This document shows, piece by piece, positions 23,268 through 33,422 of a stretch of DNA of 64,000 nt. Position 1 is the stretch's first letter, and each line of letters starts with the position of its first letter. The translations under genes and the position numbers were made by a program. This DNA comes from Nannocystales bacterium (GTDB taxonomy: Bacteria; Myxococcota_A; Polyangia; Nannocystales; Nannocystaceae), in NCBI GenBank assembly GCA_050633305.1, contig JBOEGF010000013.1, forward strand, positions 192,001 through 256,000, written 5' to 3'. Below the pieces are notes generated by a model. The model made no database searches and had not been told where the DNA came from. It worked only from the letters and a program-made list of their open reading frames with translations.

Positions 23268-24401
23268 CTATCTACCGCCCCGTGGCCTCCTACCCACCCG
23301 TGCTGATCGACTAGCAGAACACGCGCTCTGCAATCTACGGCGATACGCGGTGGGCGTGGCTCCGCTCCATCGCACGAAGGCCCGGGTGAAGTTGGACGCG
23401 TTCTCGAAGCCCAGGCTGTGCCCGACTTCGGCGACAGACAGATTCGTCGACTTGAGGAGTTCGCATGCCCGCTCGTACTGGAGCTCGCGGCGAAGCGCCT
23501 CGAAGCGAAATCCACGTTCACGCAACCTCCGAGAAAGGGTGCGCTCGCTGAGACTCAGCTCCGAGGCCACCTCGGCGAGGGAGAGGTCGAGGGCAGGAGC
23601 CCGCAACACGGACCGGCGGACGAGTGCTTCGATCTGCGGTCGCTCGACGACCCGGTCGAGCGCTGAGTCGCAGCGTTTGGACAGCAACGCTCGCATCGTC
23701 CGATTGGCCAGCGCGTAGGGTTGGTCCAGAAAGTCCGAACCCAAGATGACGCGGCACCGCGCGTGCCCGAAGGAGACCCGAGAGCCCAAGACCCCACGAT
23801 GACACGTCAAGTCGTCTGGCTGGGCGTAGGCGAGCTCGTAGCGCGGGGGCGTGTGCTTCGCGTTGCTGTTGAGCAGCTCGACATTTCGCGCCATGCCCCC
23901 GAGCAAGAGCTCGTACTTGAGCCGCGACTCGACCGTGTGCGGCGCGCAGCTCTGTCGTAGCTCAATGGACGCATCGCCATCGTCGTGCCAGTGCAGACGC
24001 AGCTGGGTGCCGCAGCTGAGGATCTCGTAGAACTTGCACAGGCGGGGCAACGCGTCCCGACCATTGGTGCAGGCTTGGAGGAGCAGTCCCAGCTCGCCGA
24101 TCGCAGGAAAACTGAACTGCTGGCCGAGCGCCAACCAGAAGGCGGAGTCATCGCGCTGCTCCGCAATGGCCATCAGCAGACTGGTGTAGGCCTGAGCCGA
24201 AGCCCGTGCATCGGGGACCTCGAACTGCGTCCGCTGAAGGCCGAGGCGCTGCAGCCATGGCCGCGTCTCGATCCCGACATCATCAGCAAACCGAGCCACG
24301 ATCGCGACGTGGCAGTACGGGACCGTCCGCGTATCGGTAGCGACCCGCGCTTCGGCTGCGTCCGTCGAGTTGGGGGGAGGTTGGCGGGCGAGGACTGACA
24401 T
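23268..24401 (-). CDS. AraC-family transcriptional regulator (OruR-like N-terminal domain)
   Basis: LSERTLSRRL...VGHSLGFENASNFTRAFVRWSGATP HTH; ATG 24401 chosen. Confidence 0.9.
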   Translation of the reverse strand: MSVLARQPPPNSTDAAEARVATDTRTVPYCHVAIVARFADDVGIETRPWLQRLGLQRTQFEVPDARASAQAYTSLLMAIAEQRDDSAFWLALGQQFSFPAIGELGLLLQACTNGRDALPRLCKFYEILSCGTQLRLHWHDDGDASIELRQSCAPHTVESRLKYELLLGGMARNVELLNSNAKHTPPRYELAYAQPDDLTCHRGVLGSRVSFGHARCRVILGSDFLDQPYALANRTMRALLSKRCDSALDRVVERPQIEALVRRSVLRAPALDLSLAEVASELSLSERTLSRRLRERGFRFEALRRELQYERACELLKSTNLSVAEVGHSLGFENASNFTRAFVRWSGATPTAYRRRLQSACSASRSARVGRRPRGGR

Positions 24402-24495
24402 TTGGCGGACGAGGAGCGTTGCAGGCGAGGGGCCAGCTCGTAGCTTCAGACCAGAAGATAGACGCTCCCAACGAGCTTTCAAGACAGGACCACCC

Positions 24496-24846
24496 GTGAA
24501 TCCAACGTTCATTCTCGGCGGACTTCTTGCGGCGTCGGCTCCCCTCAGCGGCTTCGACGAGCCCCCGAAGACCCAGCCCATCATCGACCAAACCTCACTC
24601 CAAACCCCTCGCGTTCGGGCCGCGTTGCGGGCCACTGAAACCCGCTACAAGGCGACGTGTCGCGATACCGCACTGGGGCGACCGCAGATGTTCCTGTTGT
24701 GGACGCTGCAATGGGCGTCCGCAGAGTGCCCGTTCGTCGACGACCCGAGCCGGGGTGTGCGCGTGACGTTCCGATTCGCGCAGATGCTCGATGGCACCGT
24801 CGACCTCCGGCGAACCCGGGTTCGCCTGATCGACCTCGCGCGATGA
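24496..24846 (+). CDS. Small exported hypothetical protein
   Basis: GTG start with AGGA RBS; hydrophobic N-terminus. Confidence 0.5.
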   Translation: MNPTFILGGLLAASAPLSGFDEPPKTQPIIDQTSLQTPRVRAALRATETRYKATCRDTALGRPQMFLLWTLQWASAECPFVDDPSRGVRVTFRFAQMLDGTVDLRRTRVRLIDLAR

Positions 24847-24856
24847 ATGCAGCCGT

Positions 24857-25783
24857 CTACAGGACGCCCGCGGCTTCGGCGAGTTCCGTCGCCGAGCGCG
24901 CCACGCTCCACACCCGAACCCCGCCCAACAGGCCGTCGAGCGGCTCATTGAACCCGGGACTGGTGTCGGCCAAGCTCATCTCGAGCATGTTCCCAGCCGG
25001 GAGAGAGCCGCTGCTGGGCTCGCTTTCTTCCAAGACGCCGTCGACCCAGAGGGTCACATCGCTCCCGTCGTTGACACATGCGACATGAAACCACTGGCCA
25101 GTCACAACCGGGGCGGAGAACACCGCCGCGCCCGCAGCGTTGCACCGCAACCCTTGGTCGGCGTAGACCATCAGCGAGTACTGTCCATCGTTGTCGAGGA
25201 TGCCCGCACGGCCGGCTTTGGGGAGTGAATCCAGCCAAACCCAGGCCTCGAACGTGATGTCACCGACGATGTCCAGCGTCGCCGAGTCGGGAACGGAAAT
25301 CATGGAGGAATCGGCTCCCCGGGCGGCGACACCAAATGGACCCCCTTCGAGCGTCAGCGCGATGGTCGTGCCGTCGTTGCCATGCATGGACCCATCCGAC
25401 AGCGTTCCGGAATCTGCATCTGCGAAGTCGTAGCAGGCGCGCAGAGCGGCGAGCGAGTCGTCGCAGAGCTCAAACGATGGGCCGCCGGTCGAAGAGGACT
25501 CGCCCGTGTCCTCCCCCGAGGTTGTGCTGGTGTCGCCCGACGACGTGCTCGTGCTCTCTGTCGAGGATGGGTCGGTGGGGTCCGTCGGGTCCGTCGGGTC
25601 CGTCGGGTCCGTTGGATTCGTCGTTCCACTGGGGCCGGTCGAGTCCGTCGTGTCCCCTGTGGACCCGGTCGTGCCCGTGGTCTCAGTATCCCCGATCGTC
25701 ATCCCGGAGGCCGCTCCAGCACCGCCACTCTCGAACGCACACCCCACCCCAACCAAGGAGAGCACCACACTCCAGCGAATCAC
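24857..25783 (-). CDS. LamG/concanavalin A-like domain lipoprotein with Thr-Asp-Pro linker
   Basis: Lipobox GVGC; ITFEAWV, WFHVACV, LWVDG, GVRVWSVARS. Confidence 0.85.
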   Translation of the reverse strand: MIRWSVVLSLVGVGCAFESGGAGAASGMTIGDTETTGTTGSTGDTTDSTGPSGTTNPTDPTDPTDPTDPTDPSSTESTSTSSGDTSTTSGEDTGESSSTGGPSFELCDDSLAALRACYDFADADSGTLSDGSMHGNDGTTIALTLEGGPFGVAARGADSSMISVPDSATLDIVGDITFEAWVWLDSLPKAGRAGILDNDGQYSLMVYADQGLRCNAAGAAVFSAPVVTGQWFHVACVNDGSDVTLWVDGVLEESEPSSGSLPAGNMLEMSLADTSPGFNEPLDGLLGGVRVWSVARSATELAEAAGVL

Positions 25784-25849
25784 GCTGCGATTGTCCCCCG
25801 CACGCCCGCGAGGCACAACACTGCAACAGTCACGCGTCCAAGACCGGGT

Positions 25850-26806
25850 CTACTCTGAGCCGACCCAGGACACCGGAGGCTTCGGAGCCGGAAAACGCGC
25901 GCTCGGTTTCCGAGCGCGCGGCGGTTCTCCAACTGCCGACTCCGCCAACTGCCAAAGCGTCTGTGCGCCCCCGTAGATCGAGGAGGTGAGCGGAACCCGC
26001 TCTTCGAGATCGGGCACGCCGGGGAAGGTACTCGCCATCTGGCGGTGGAGAGAGACGAGGCCATCGAACGCAGTGTCCAGCCGCATCACGGGCTCATCCC
26101 GCAGCCAGGCGCTGGTCAAGTTTCGACTGGCCTGCATCGCTGCGGGCTCTCCTACGGCAAGGTCGAGGATCGCCAGTCCCAGGGGTGGGGCCTTCGGTGC
26201 TCCTTGGCGCCAGAGCTCGAACTTCTGGATCTGGACCTCAGACTCGCTCTCGAACGTCATGCCCCAAGAGGACACATCCTGCATCGGCGAGAGCAACGCC
26301 ATGGCGAGACTCTCTCTCCCCGGAAGCCGCAGAGAGACGTTCTTCCAGCGGTTGTCGACGAACGTGACCGACCGCGACCACTCCACGGCCCCAGCAGCGC
26401 TGAAGAATTCGAAACGCACGGTGACCGGGTGCGCCGGCGAAGCATCCCGCGCACTCAGACGCACCTTGGCCTTCGTCGCCCGACCGAATGTCCCGGGCAA
26501 CGCTCCGGTGCGCGCCCGAACCCGGCCTCCTGCTGCCGCGTGGAACGACACCCCTCGGTGTCGCTTGCTGACGAATCGACCGACATCCACACCGGAAGAC
26601 GCACGCCAGTTCTTCCCGAGCTCTCCAACCTCGAGCGCAGACTCTTGGAAGAGCAGTGTTCGTCGCGAGACGGCCTCAGAAGCTGCGTTGGAAGCAACTT
26701 CTCGAGACGATGACGCGAGCGACTCGGCCGCGTTGCACCCCGAAAGATGGACGAGTGCACCCGCGAACAGAGCCGCCCCAAACCCTGGGAACCAGCTCGA
26801 TCGCAT
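25850..26806 (-). CDS. Hypothetical lipoprotein (possible CBM-like beta-sandwich; C-terminus may be degenerate)
   Basis: Lipobox LSGC; beta-rich core. Confidence 0.5.
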   Translation of the reverse strand: MRSSWFPGFGAALFAGALVHLSGCNAAESLASSSREVASNAASEAVSRRTLLFQESALEVGELGKNWRASSGVDVGRFVSKRHRGVSFHAAAGGRVRARTGALPGTFGRATKAKVRLSARDASPAHPVTVRFEFFSAAGAVEWSRSVTFVDNRWKNVSLRLPGRESLAMALLSPMQDVSSWGMTFESESEVQIQKFELWRQGAPKAPPLGLAILDLAVGEPAAMQASRNLTSAWLRDEPVMRLDTAFDGLVSLHRQMASTFPGVPDLEERVPLTSSIYGGAQTLWQLAESAVGEPPRARKPSARFPAPKPPVSWVGSE

Positions 26807-27153
26807 ACCGATGAATTAACTGTGATGCACCTGTCATGGTTTCGCCATGGGGGCGGAACGAAACAGGCCGTTCGAGATAGCGAAACTTCGCCTGCGCGCG
26901 GTCGTGCACCGCGAATCGGCCGGCCTGACAGTCGTGCCCTGCGCTGCTCTGCCGTCCCCCGCTGTTCTCGATCCGGTCACGACAACCATGTCGCGGTTCC
27001 GGCCGATCGATCCAAAACGGTAAGCGCTACGTATACAGAAGGTGGATCACGTAACGCGACCAAGCCCAGACACGTTGCGCAGATACCACCATGGCCCACA
27101 ACCGAACTGGCGGACCTCTCCGTCGGGCCGCACGTAAAAGCGTACAGAACACG

Positions 27154-28023
27154 ATGTGGGCCGAACCAAACGACGACGTGATCCCGCACCTCGACTGCCC
27201 GCTGTGCCACAACCAGGACCGGCGCTTCATCGTCGGGACGTGGGAAGATCCCATCGGCGTCGCGCGTTGCACCGCATGTGGCCTCGTCCACACGACGGGG
27301 CGTCATGCCACACAGCCCGGGACCTCCGCGCTCGTGCTCAACGGCGCAGCACGGCGGCAACATCGCCGGGCGTTCGACCTCTACGACCGACTGCTGCACG
27401 GCCGCCTTCGCAGCCCCATGCAAGGCGCCACCGCCCTCGACATCGGGTGTAGCGACGGTGCTTGGCTGGATCAGCTCCGGCTTTGGGGATACGAAACCGA
27501 GGGAACCGACACGGATCCGACCCTGGCAGCCGCGAACCATCACGTCTACGAAATGGACGCTGACGGTGGCGCTGACCTGGGTCAACAGTACGAGGTCATC
27601 TCGCTCATCGACCAGCTCGACCTGGTCGAGAGACCCGCCGCCGCGCTGCACTTTGCGGCTCGCCACCTCGCGCCCGGCGGCGTCGTGATCATCGAGGTCC
27701 CCAACTGGAATCACAAGCGGGCGAACTCCGAGCTTCCCGATGGCGTCGAGCTGGGACGGCAGGTCGCGTTCTACGACCGAGACTCGTTACGAGATGCCGT
27801 CGTCGCGGTGGGGCTCGAGCCCCTCGCGGTTTGGAGCGCACCGGGCGTCCTGGGCCGAGCGATCGCGACGACACGTGCTCAGCAAGCCCGACACGGTGCC
27901 TCCGACTTCCTGCGACGCACGCTTTCACTCGCCGAGCGCGCCCTGTGCCACGCCAGCGATGCATCCGACCAGGGCGCCAAGCTTGTCATGGTGGCCCGCC
28001 GCGTGATGGACGAGGCGCACTGA
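27154..28023 (+). CDS. Class I SAM-dependent methyltransferase with N-terminal Zn ribbon
   Basis: CPLC...CTACG; ALDIGCSDG; LAPGGVVIIEVPN. Confidence 0.85.
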   Translation: MWAEPNDDVIPHLDCPLCHNQDRRFIVGTWEDPIGVARCTACGLVHTTGRHATQPGTSALVLNGAARRQHRRAFDLYDRLLHGRLRSPMQGATALDIGCSDGAWLDQLRLWGYETEGTDTDPTLAAANHHVYEMDADGGADLGQQYEVISLIDQLDLVERPAAALHFAARHLAPGGVVIIEVPNWNHKRANSELPDGVELGRQVAFYDRDSLRDAVVAVGLEPLAVWSAPGVLGRAIATTRAQQARHGASDFLRRTLSLAERALCHASDASDQGAKLVMVARRVMDEAH

Positions 28024-28051
28024 GGCAGCTCTCCCCGGAGATCCCCCAGCC

Positions 28052-28570
28052 TCATCCGCCCGAGTACGGGTCGTGGGAGAACGGGTCGTCACACGGGCTC
28101 GGCCCCACACCACACGTCATGCAGACGCCACCTTCCGCGACTCGCTGGCCCTCGATCTCCCACTCCTGAGTGAGGTCGATGAACACCGCGCCCCACGCCC
28201 CGTCACCCTGCGGGACGAGGCGCACCTCTTCGCTCATCGAGGTCAGACCAGACCCTTCCGGTCCGATGTACGACCACGATAGGCACTCACTCGGACACAA
28301 GCCCTCGCGCCAGTTCATCGGAGTCTCCGGGCCAGCCTTCAACACGATCTCCCCCTCCACGACCGACCACAGGCCCGACGTACCGCCCTCGAAGTCGCAC
28401 CCGACGGTGATCGTTCGAAACGTCCCATCTTCGAGCAACTCGAGGTTCGTGTTGTCGTTGACGTCGACCACGTTGTAGACACCCGCGAACTCGTCGTTCG
28501 CAACGACCTCCTCCGGGTTGGCAACACACGCGGCGAGCATCAGCAAAGGTAAGAAGCTTCGATAGTCCAT
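28052..28570 (-). CDS. Cys-containing lipoprotein
   Basis: MDYRSFLPLLMLAAC lipobox; follows the ECF fusion gene. Confidence 0.75.
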   Translation of the reverse strand: MDYRSFLPLLMLAACVANPEEVVANDEFAGVYNVVDVNDNTNLELLEDGTFRTITVGCDFEGGTSGLWSVVEGEIVLKAGPETPMNWREGLCPSECLSWSYIGPEGSGLTSMSEEVRLVPQGDGAWGAVFIDLTQEWEIEGQRVAEGGVCMTCGVGPSPCDDPFSHDPYSGG

Positions 28571-28576
28571 GCTGGG

Positions 28577-29827
28577 TCAGTCTCCGCCTGCCGGGGATTT
28601 CATGACGCCGCCGTCGTTTTTCTTGCATCGACGCTCCGTCCAGGCCTTGGCGTCGACACCCGGGAGATGGGCGCGAACGAAGGCAGTCGCCGCGCCGATA
28701 TCGTCGGCGGCGCAGTGAACCCGGACCGCAACTCGGACCGCATCTTGGGCCAAGGGCCCGGCAGGCCACGATTCCAAATACGATGTCGAAGCCGCAAGTG
28801 CCTCCTGCCATGCACCTCGACCCAGGTGCCCTTCGGCCAGCCCAAGAAGCGCAACCTGAGCGGCCAGATCGCCCTCTCGAAGCGGAGCCTGGACGGGACT
28901 CGGCATGGACGGCCGCGGTGGTGTGGGAGACACGTCTCCCACCTCGTCCACCACCTGCACCTTCGGGTTGGGCGGCGCCGGTCGGGTCGGAGCTGGAGCC
29001 GCAGCAACTCGACGCTTGGGAGCAGCGGCCGCAGGCGCGCCGACCGGTGCGGCAGGCGGTGGGACGGACCCTGTGAACCCCGGGCTTGCCAGCACCGCAG
29101 CCGAGGAGATCCCCACGCCTCCAACGACAAGGGCAGCCAAGAACACTGGCTTGGCGAGCAGCACGGTGGAGGCGCCCGCGGACAACAGCTTGGGAGCGAG
29201 CAGCACCCACCCACGCATCGCGGCCCGCGAATCGGGGGCGTTCGACTGCTGATGAATCGCGGCCGCGTGCTCGGGTTGCACACGAATCCCGTCCCGCTCG
29301 AGCGCAGCGCACATCGACACGAACGACGACCGGGCCACCCGAAGTCGCGAGTACAGCGTCGCCTGGTTGACTCCCGTCGCGGCGGCAGCTTCGCGCGCGC
29401 TCAGCCCCTCCAGTTCGCAGAGCACAAAAGCTTCCCGCTTCGGAGCGTCGAGCGCCTCGACAAACGCATCCAGCACCGCCTGTGCCTCGCGGGTGCGCAC
29501 CCAGTCTTCGAGGGAGACGACCTCCGGCCGAACGGTGGCAAGTGCGTCCACACGTCGGTCGTGCCGCTCACGAGTCCGGCGGTGCCGCGATGCGATCCGC
29601 CGCGAGATGCCGGCCAACCACGCTCGCATCGACGCTTGATCTTCGACCGTATGCATCCGGCGGTACGCGGTGAGAAACACGTCCTGCCGCGCGTCGTCCA
29701 CAGCAGCCGGGGCGATTCCCCATCGCCGCAGGCAGCGGCCCACGAACGCGTGGTGCTCAAGGTACAACGCCTCGAACTGCCCGCGCATGGGCTCCGGGAC
29801 GGCCCGGGATTTGGCGCGACGACTCAT
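28577..29827 (-). CDS. ECF sigma factor fused to TM, Pro-rich and TPR-like anti-sigma region
   Basis: DDARQDVFL, RAWLAGI, REAFVLCELEGLS..EAA..TLYSRLRVAR; then a TM helix and helical C-terminus. Confidence 0.85.
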   Translation of the reverse strand: MSRRAKSRAVPEPMRGQFEALYLEHHAFVGRCLRRWGIAPAAVDDARQDVFLTAYRRMHTVEDQASMRAWLAGISRRIASRHRRTRERHDRRVDALATVRPEVVSLEDWVRTREAQAVLDAFVEALDAPKREAFVLCELEGLSAREAAAATGVNQATLYSRLRVARSSFVSMCAALERDGIRVQPEHAAAIHQQSNAPDSRAAMRGWVLLAPKLLSAGASTVLLAKPVFLAALVVGGVGISSAAVLASPGFTGSVPPPAAPVGAPAAAAPKRRVAAAPAPTRPAPPNPKVQVVDEVGDVSPTPPRPSMPSPVQAPLREGDLAAQVALLGLAEGHLGRGAWQEALAASTSYLESWPAGPLAQDAVRVAVRVHCAADDIGAATAFVRAHLPGVDAKAWTERRCKKNDGGVMKSPAGGD

Positions 29828-29858
29828 CTGCCCGGGTAGTCTCCACCATCGCGGGGAT

Positions 29859-30884
29859 TCATGAACCCCAGCGAAATTCGACGAACCCCAGCGCCCGCGC
29901 CGCGACCGGAGACGGCGTGTAGAGGCCCGGACGCCCCTCTCCGTCGAAGGCGGGCCGCCACAGCGCCACCGAACCGTCCACGGACGCCCCCACCCCGACG
30001 TTCGGATGAGGGAGCCACACCAACCCAGAAGCGACCACGGCCCCGACCCACCAGCTGCTCACGTCTCGATTGCGAGCCCCGCCGAACCCCTCCGCGCGAA
30101 TCAGGCTCGCCGACGCGCCCCCACACACGGGGAACTCGAGCCGTGCACGCTTGGGTACGTAGCAGCCACGCGCGGTTCCGGACCACAGTGTGAAACGAGC
30201 ACCAACCTCGGGCTCCGAGGGAAACGTCGCCTGGGTCTGGAACGCACGGTCGGCCCCCACCTCAGCCCGCCAGCGACGGCCCAGCAACCCGACACGAACA
30301 CCCGCACTTCCGGAGACGCCGGGGAGCACCCCGACGCCAGCGCCTCCGTGCAGGCGGACCACGCCTCGCAGTGAGTACGGGGCCCGAGACCTTGCTGGCG
30401 GCACCTCAACCGCGTCGCGGACCTCGGGCTCGGGTTCGGGTTCGGGTTCGGGTTCGGGTTCGGCAGGACTCGGCGGGATCGGAGCTTGGGGCACGACGAC
30501 AGCGTCCGCGGTCTCGACCAACTCCGCGGTCCGCAAGGTGTCGACCGAGGCCGCGGGCTGAACTGCGATACCGACCACGACCGCAGTCGCGTCCACGAGA
30601 ACGTCGCAGTCGGCGGACTCCAGCTCGCGATGCACCGTCTCACCGTCCACCTCGACATCCAGCGAGAGACCGAAGTCCCCCGCAGCGTTCGAGACCAGCG
30701 CAATCACGACCGACGCTCGCAGCGGCCCCTCGCGGTTCTCGAGGCGCGTCGCGATACGGGCCTCTACGGTCGAAGCGTCGGGGCAGCCAGGGGCGCCAGA
30801 CCATTCCACTTGCACGCCGTCGGGCAGCGCAGGCTCGGCCCCCACCAGCGTGAGCGCCGAAGCCAGGACAGCCAGCGCGCTCAC
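29859..30884 (-). CDS. Exported protein with predicted C-terminal beta-barrel (ECF cassette partner)
   Basis: WSGAPGCP, RELESADC, PE repeats, amphipathic strands ending VEFRW. Confidence 0.7.
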   Translation of the reverse strand: MSALAVLASALTLVGAEPALPDGVQVEWSGAPGCPDASTVEARIATRLENREGPLRASVVIALVSNAAGDFGLSLDVEVDGETVHRELESADCDVLVDATAVVVGIAVQPAASVDTLRTAELVETADAVVVPQAPIPPSPAEPEPEPEPEPEPEVRDAVEVPPARSRAPYSLRGVVRLHGGAGVGVLPGVSGSAGVRVGLLGRRWRAEVGADRAFQTQATFPSEPEVGARFTLWSGTARGCYVPKRARLEFPVCGGASASLIRAEGFGGARNRDVSSWWVGAVVASGLVWLPHPNVGVGASVDGSVALWRPAFDGEGRPGLYTPSPVAARALGFVEFRWGS

Positions 30885-30885
30885 G

Positions 30886-31152
30886 TCACTGATCGTTTCC
30901 GGAACGTACCCGGGACACCCACGCCGTAGCGTCGACGCAGGTGTCAGTACCGCGATGCCGATCGTAGGCTCCGAGGCAGCGCCGAGCATCTCGCTCGGAG
31001 TGCACGTCCGGGTCGTGTTGGCAGTCGTTGAGGCGGTCGGCCTTTTCGGACTCCCAGTCCGCGACGGTGGGCTTTCCAAAGACCGTGCCTGGCTTCGCTC
31101 GGGCGCAACCGACGAGGCACAGCAGAGAGATCATGGCGGCGAACCGGTGCAT
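30886..31152 (-). CDS. Small Cys-rich lipoprotein
   Basis: MHRFAAMISLLCLVGC; stop abuts the next start. Confidence 0.5.
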   Translation of the reverse strand: MHRFAAMISLLCLVGCARAKPGTVFGKPTVADWESEKADRLNDCQHDPDVHSERDARRCLGAYDRHRGTDTCVDATAWVSRVRSGNDQ

Positions 31153-31218
31153 GGCAGAACCTGATCCTACCGACTTCTGACGGGCCGCCAAGATTCACCC
31201 TTCACGCGCCGTTTGCGC

Positions 31219-32448
31219 TCAGCCGGCGGGCAGGCTGTTGATCCACGCGTCCACCGCTGCGACCCCTTCGTCGTCTACGACCTCGGTCGCCAAAGGGGGC
31301 ATCTGCGCAGCTCCCATGCCGCCACCGTCCCGCTGGCCCATCCGCCACGGCACCGCGCTGTCGGCCGGGCTCCCCGCGAGAATTCGATAATCCGGGATGC
31401 CCATCACCGCCGACATCCCGATATCGACGCCCACCGTGTCGATGTACGTCGGCGTCTGCGTGACCGCATCGTGGCCCACCGTCACAAACAACCGCATCCC
31501 GCCCGAGGGGGTGTCACCACCATGGCAGTGCCCGCAGTTTGCGTGCAGCACTCCCAGCGCCGCCTCAGCTGTGGCGTCGCCCGGAATGACCGCATCTGCG
31601 GACGCGACCGCGGTGGTGAGCAGCCCGTCCGCTGCGAGCGAGTCCAGCGTCACGTCCGTGTCGTCGTGGTTGAGCTGCAATGCGCTGAACCCGAGCACCG
31701 CGTCGTGCGTCGCCCCCCCGCCTCCCATCCCGCCTTCACCACCGTTGTGGCACTGCGAGCAGTCCGCCACAGCAGGAATGTCGTGGTCGGTGCCCAGCAC
31801 ATTCTCCGAGCCGTTCATGACCGCGGTCACCGCATCGCCCGCCTCGTTCCACTCGAACGTCTCGAACGCCCACGCACCTGGCCCGACGTCGTCGGACATC
31901 TTCTCGATGCGCCGCGTCTCCAGCCGAGCCCCGTCGGCCGTCTCGAAGTGTTTCCACAACACGGTGCCGACAGGGAACGACCAGTAGTCCGCGTCTGAGC
32001 TGTCGATGGCACCAGGCAGGGACACGTAGCGGAACTTCACCAGGCCGTCGCTCCACAGCTTGTACTGCGGCTCGAACGGCTCGATGCCCTCTGCCAACGT
32101 CGTGCAGTCGTCGTTCGCATACAGGCCCAACTCGGGAGCGCATGCCTCTGCCGGATCCCCACTGGATGACGACGAGTCCTCGCCCTCGCTGCCCTCGGGC
32201 TCCCCCGTGCTCGTCTCATCGTTCGTCGCCTGCGAGGTCGACCCGTCCGCCGTGGGGTTGGTCGTTGTCGTGACCGTCGTCGAATCGTCCGTCGTTGGCG
32301 CGGCCGTCATCCCCGTGGACCCCGCCCCTGTCGAATCGGCTTCCTCTGCGGCCCCGTCGTCGCCACAAGCGGGAAGGCAGAGTACGCCCAGGACGGGCAG
32401 CAGCAGGCGGTAAGGGAGTCGTTGGGGGTGCAAGGTGTTGTGCCGCAT
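31219..32448 (-). CDS. Diheme c-type cytochrome lipoprotein (SO2930-like)
   Basis: Lipobox LPAC; LWSDG, FPVGTVLWKHF, LETR, CSQCH, CGHCH, MPPL. Confidence 0.85.
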   Translation of the reverse strand: MRHNTLHPQRLPYRLLLPVLGVLCLPACGDDGAAEEADSTGAGSTGMTAAPTTDDSTTVTTTTNPTADGSTSQATNDETSTGEPEGSEGEDSSSSSGDPAEACAPELGLYANDDCTTLAEGIEPFEPQYKLWSDGLVKFRYVSLPGAIDSSDADYWSFPVGTVLWKHFETADGARLETRRIEKMSDDVGPGAWAFETFEWNEAGDAVTAVMNGSENVLGTDHDIPAVADCSQCHNGGEGGMGGGGATHDAVLGFSALQLNHDDTDVTLDSLAADGLLTTAVASADAVIPGDATAEAALGVLHANCGHCHGGDTPSGGMRLFVTVGHDAVTQTPTYIDTVGVDIGMSAVMGIPDYRILAGSPADSAVPWRMGQRDGGGMGAAQMPPLATEVVDDEGVAAVDAWINSLPAG

Positions 32449-32603
32449 CGCGGGGAGAGCGCTTGCAAACCCTGGTCCACCAGCAACCTCTCGACATCAC
32501 GTTTGCGGCCCACTTTGCCGACCCGCGAAACCTGCAGATCGGCCTGCCAAGCTCGCAGAAAACACCCGCGCAAGATGCGATGCATTTTTCCTTCGAAGAA
32601 GGG

Positions 32604-32632
32604 TTGACACTCCGAAGCCGCCCGGCTACAAA
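32604..32632 (+). promoter_or_regulatory. sigma70-type promoter for tRNA-Asp
   Basis: TTGACA-17 bp-TACAAA about 30 bp upstream of the tRNA. Confidence 0.65.
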
Positions 32633-32663
32633 CCGCATCCCCGAGAGGGGAAAACAACTGCCT

Positions 32664-32737
32664 GGGATGGTGGTTAAGTTGGTTATAACGCCGGCCTGTC
32701 ACGCCGGAGGTCGCGGGTTCGAGCCCCGTCCGTCCCG
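32664..32737 (+). tRNA. tRNA-Asp (GTC)
   Basis: Cloverleaf: GGGATGG/CCGTCCC acceptor, CCGGC-CTGTCAC-GCCGG anticodon arm, GGTTCGAGCC T arm; CCA not encoded. Confidence 0.96.
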
Positions 32738-32740
32738 CTC

Positions 32741-32770
32741 AAAGCCCACCGCAAGGTGGGTTTTGTTTTT
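32741..32770 (+). terminator. Intrinsic terminator after tRNA-Asp
   Basis: AAAGCCCACC-GCAA-GGTGGGTTTT followed by GTTTTT. Confidence 0.85.
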
Positions 32771-33076
32771 GGTTCTCGGGAGGCGTGCGCGGGTGAATGG
32801 AGCCGGTTGGTGGGCTCTCGCGGTCACGATGTGAAGCGTTGCGACGTGGTCGAGCTCGATGCGGCCGATGAAGCTCGAGACCCGAAGCCTCGGGCCTCAT
32901 CGCGACCGAATCCAGTAGTGCCGTGGCCGAGGCGTCCGCGCCACGATTTCGACCGCGTCATCTCCGCAACGGCCGCCCTTGGCCTCGTCTTGTTGTCGGC
33001 GCCGCTTCGGCGGAAGGAGACCTCTTCGCGACGACCGCTTGCTCAGCAGCGTAGACGTCGCGCTCGAGACTCCGGC

Positions 33077-33349
33077 CTACCCTCCGTGGGCTTCGATGGC
33101 TCCGTTCCGCATCCATGGGCCACCTTCGGGGTGAACGTAGATGGTCTTCTTTCCACATCCCACGGCCATCAACGTGCAGTGGTAGACCTCCCCGGCCATT
33201 TTCCCACATCGACCCTCGAGTTCGGTGAGCGTCACTTCTTCGGCAGGGCATTCGAGCTCCGCGGACGCCCGCGGTCGGACAACATCCGCGGGCAGGAAGA
33301 ATGAACAACCGGAGATCACGAGGGTGCACAGTGCCGCTACGCGCTTCAT
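33077..33349 (-). CDS. Small Cys-rich lipoprotein
   Basis: MKRVAALCTLVISGC; RASAELECP...AVGCGK. Confidence 0.7.
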   Translation of the reverse strand: MKRVAALCTLVISGCSFFLPADVVRPRASAELECPAEEVTLTELEGRCGKMAGEVYHCTLMAVGCGKKTIYVHPEGGPWMRNGAIEAHGG

Positions 33350-33422
33350 CGTCCGACTCGATATCACAACAATGGCACCCTGTGCCATCTGTTCGTGCAA
33401 GCAAGAAGGGGCGTTGTCTGAG

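Noticed and set aside
25568..25612. 9-bp tandem repeat (also 6-bp repeats near 30425-30462 and 48361-48381)
   Set aside because: In-frame coding linkers (TDP, PE, Ser runs), not independent elements.
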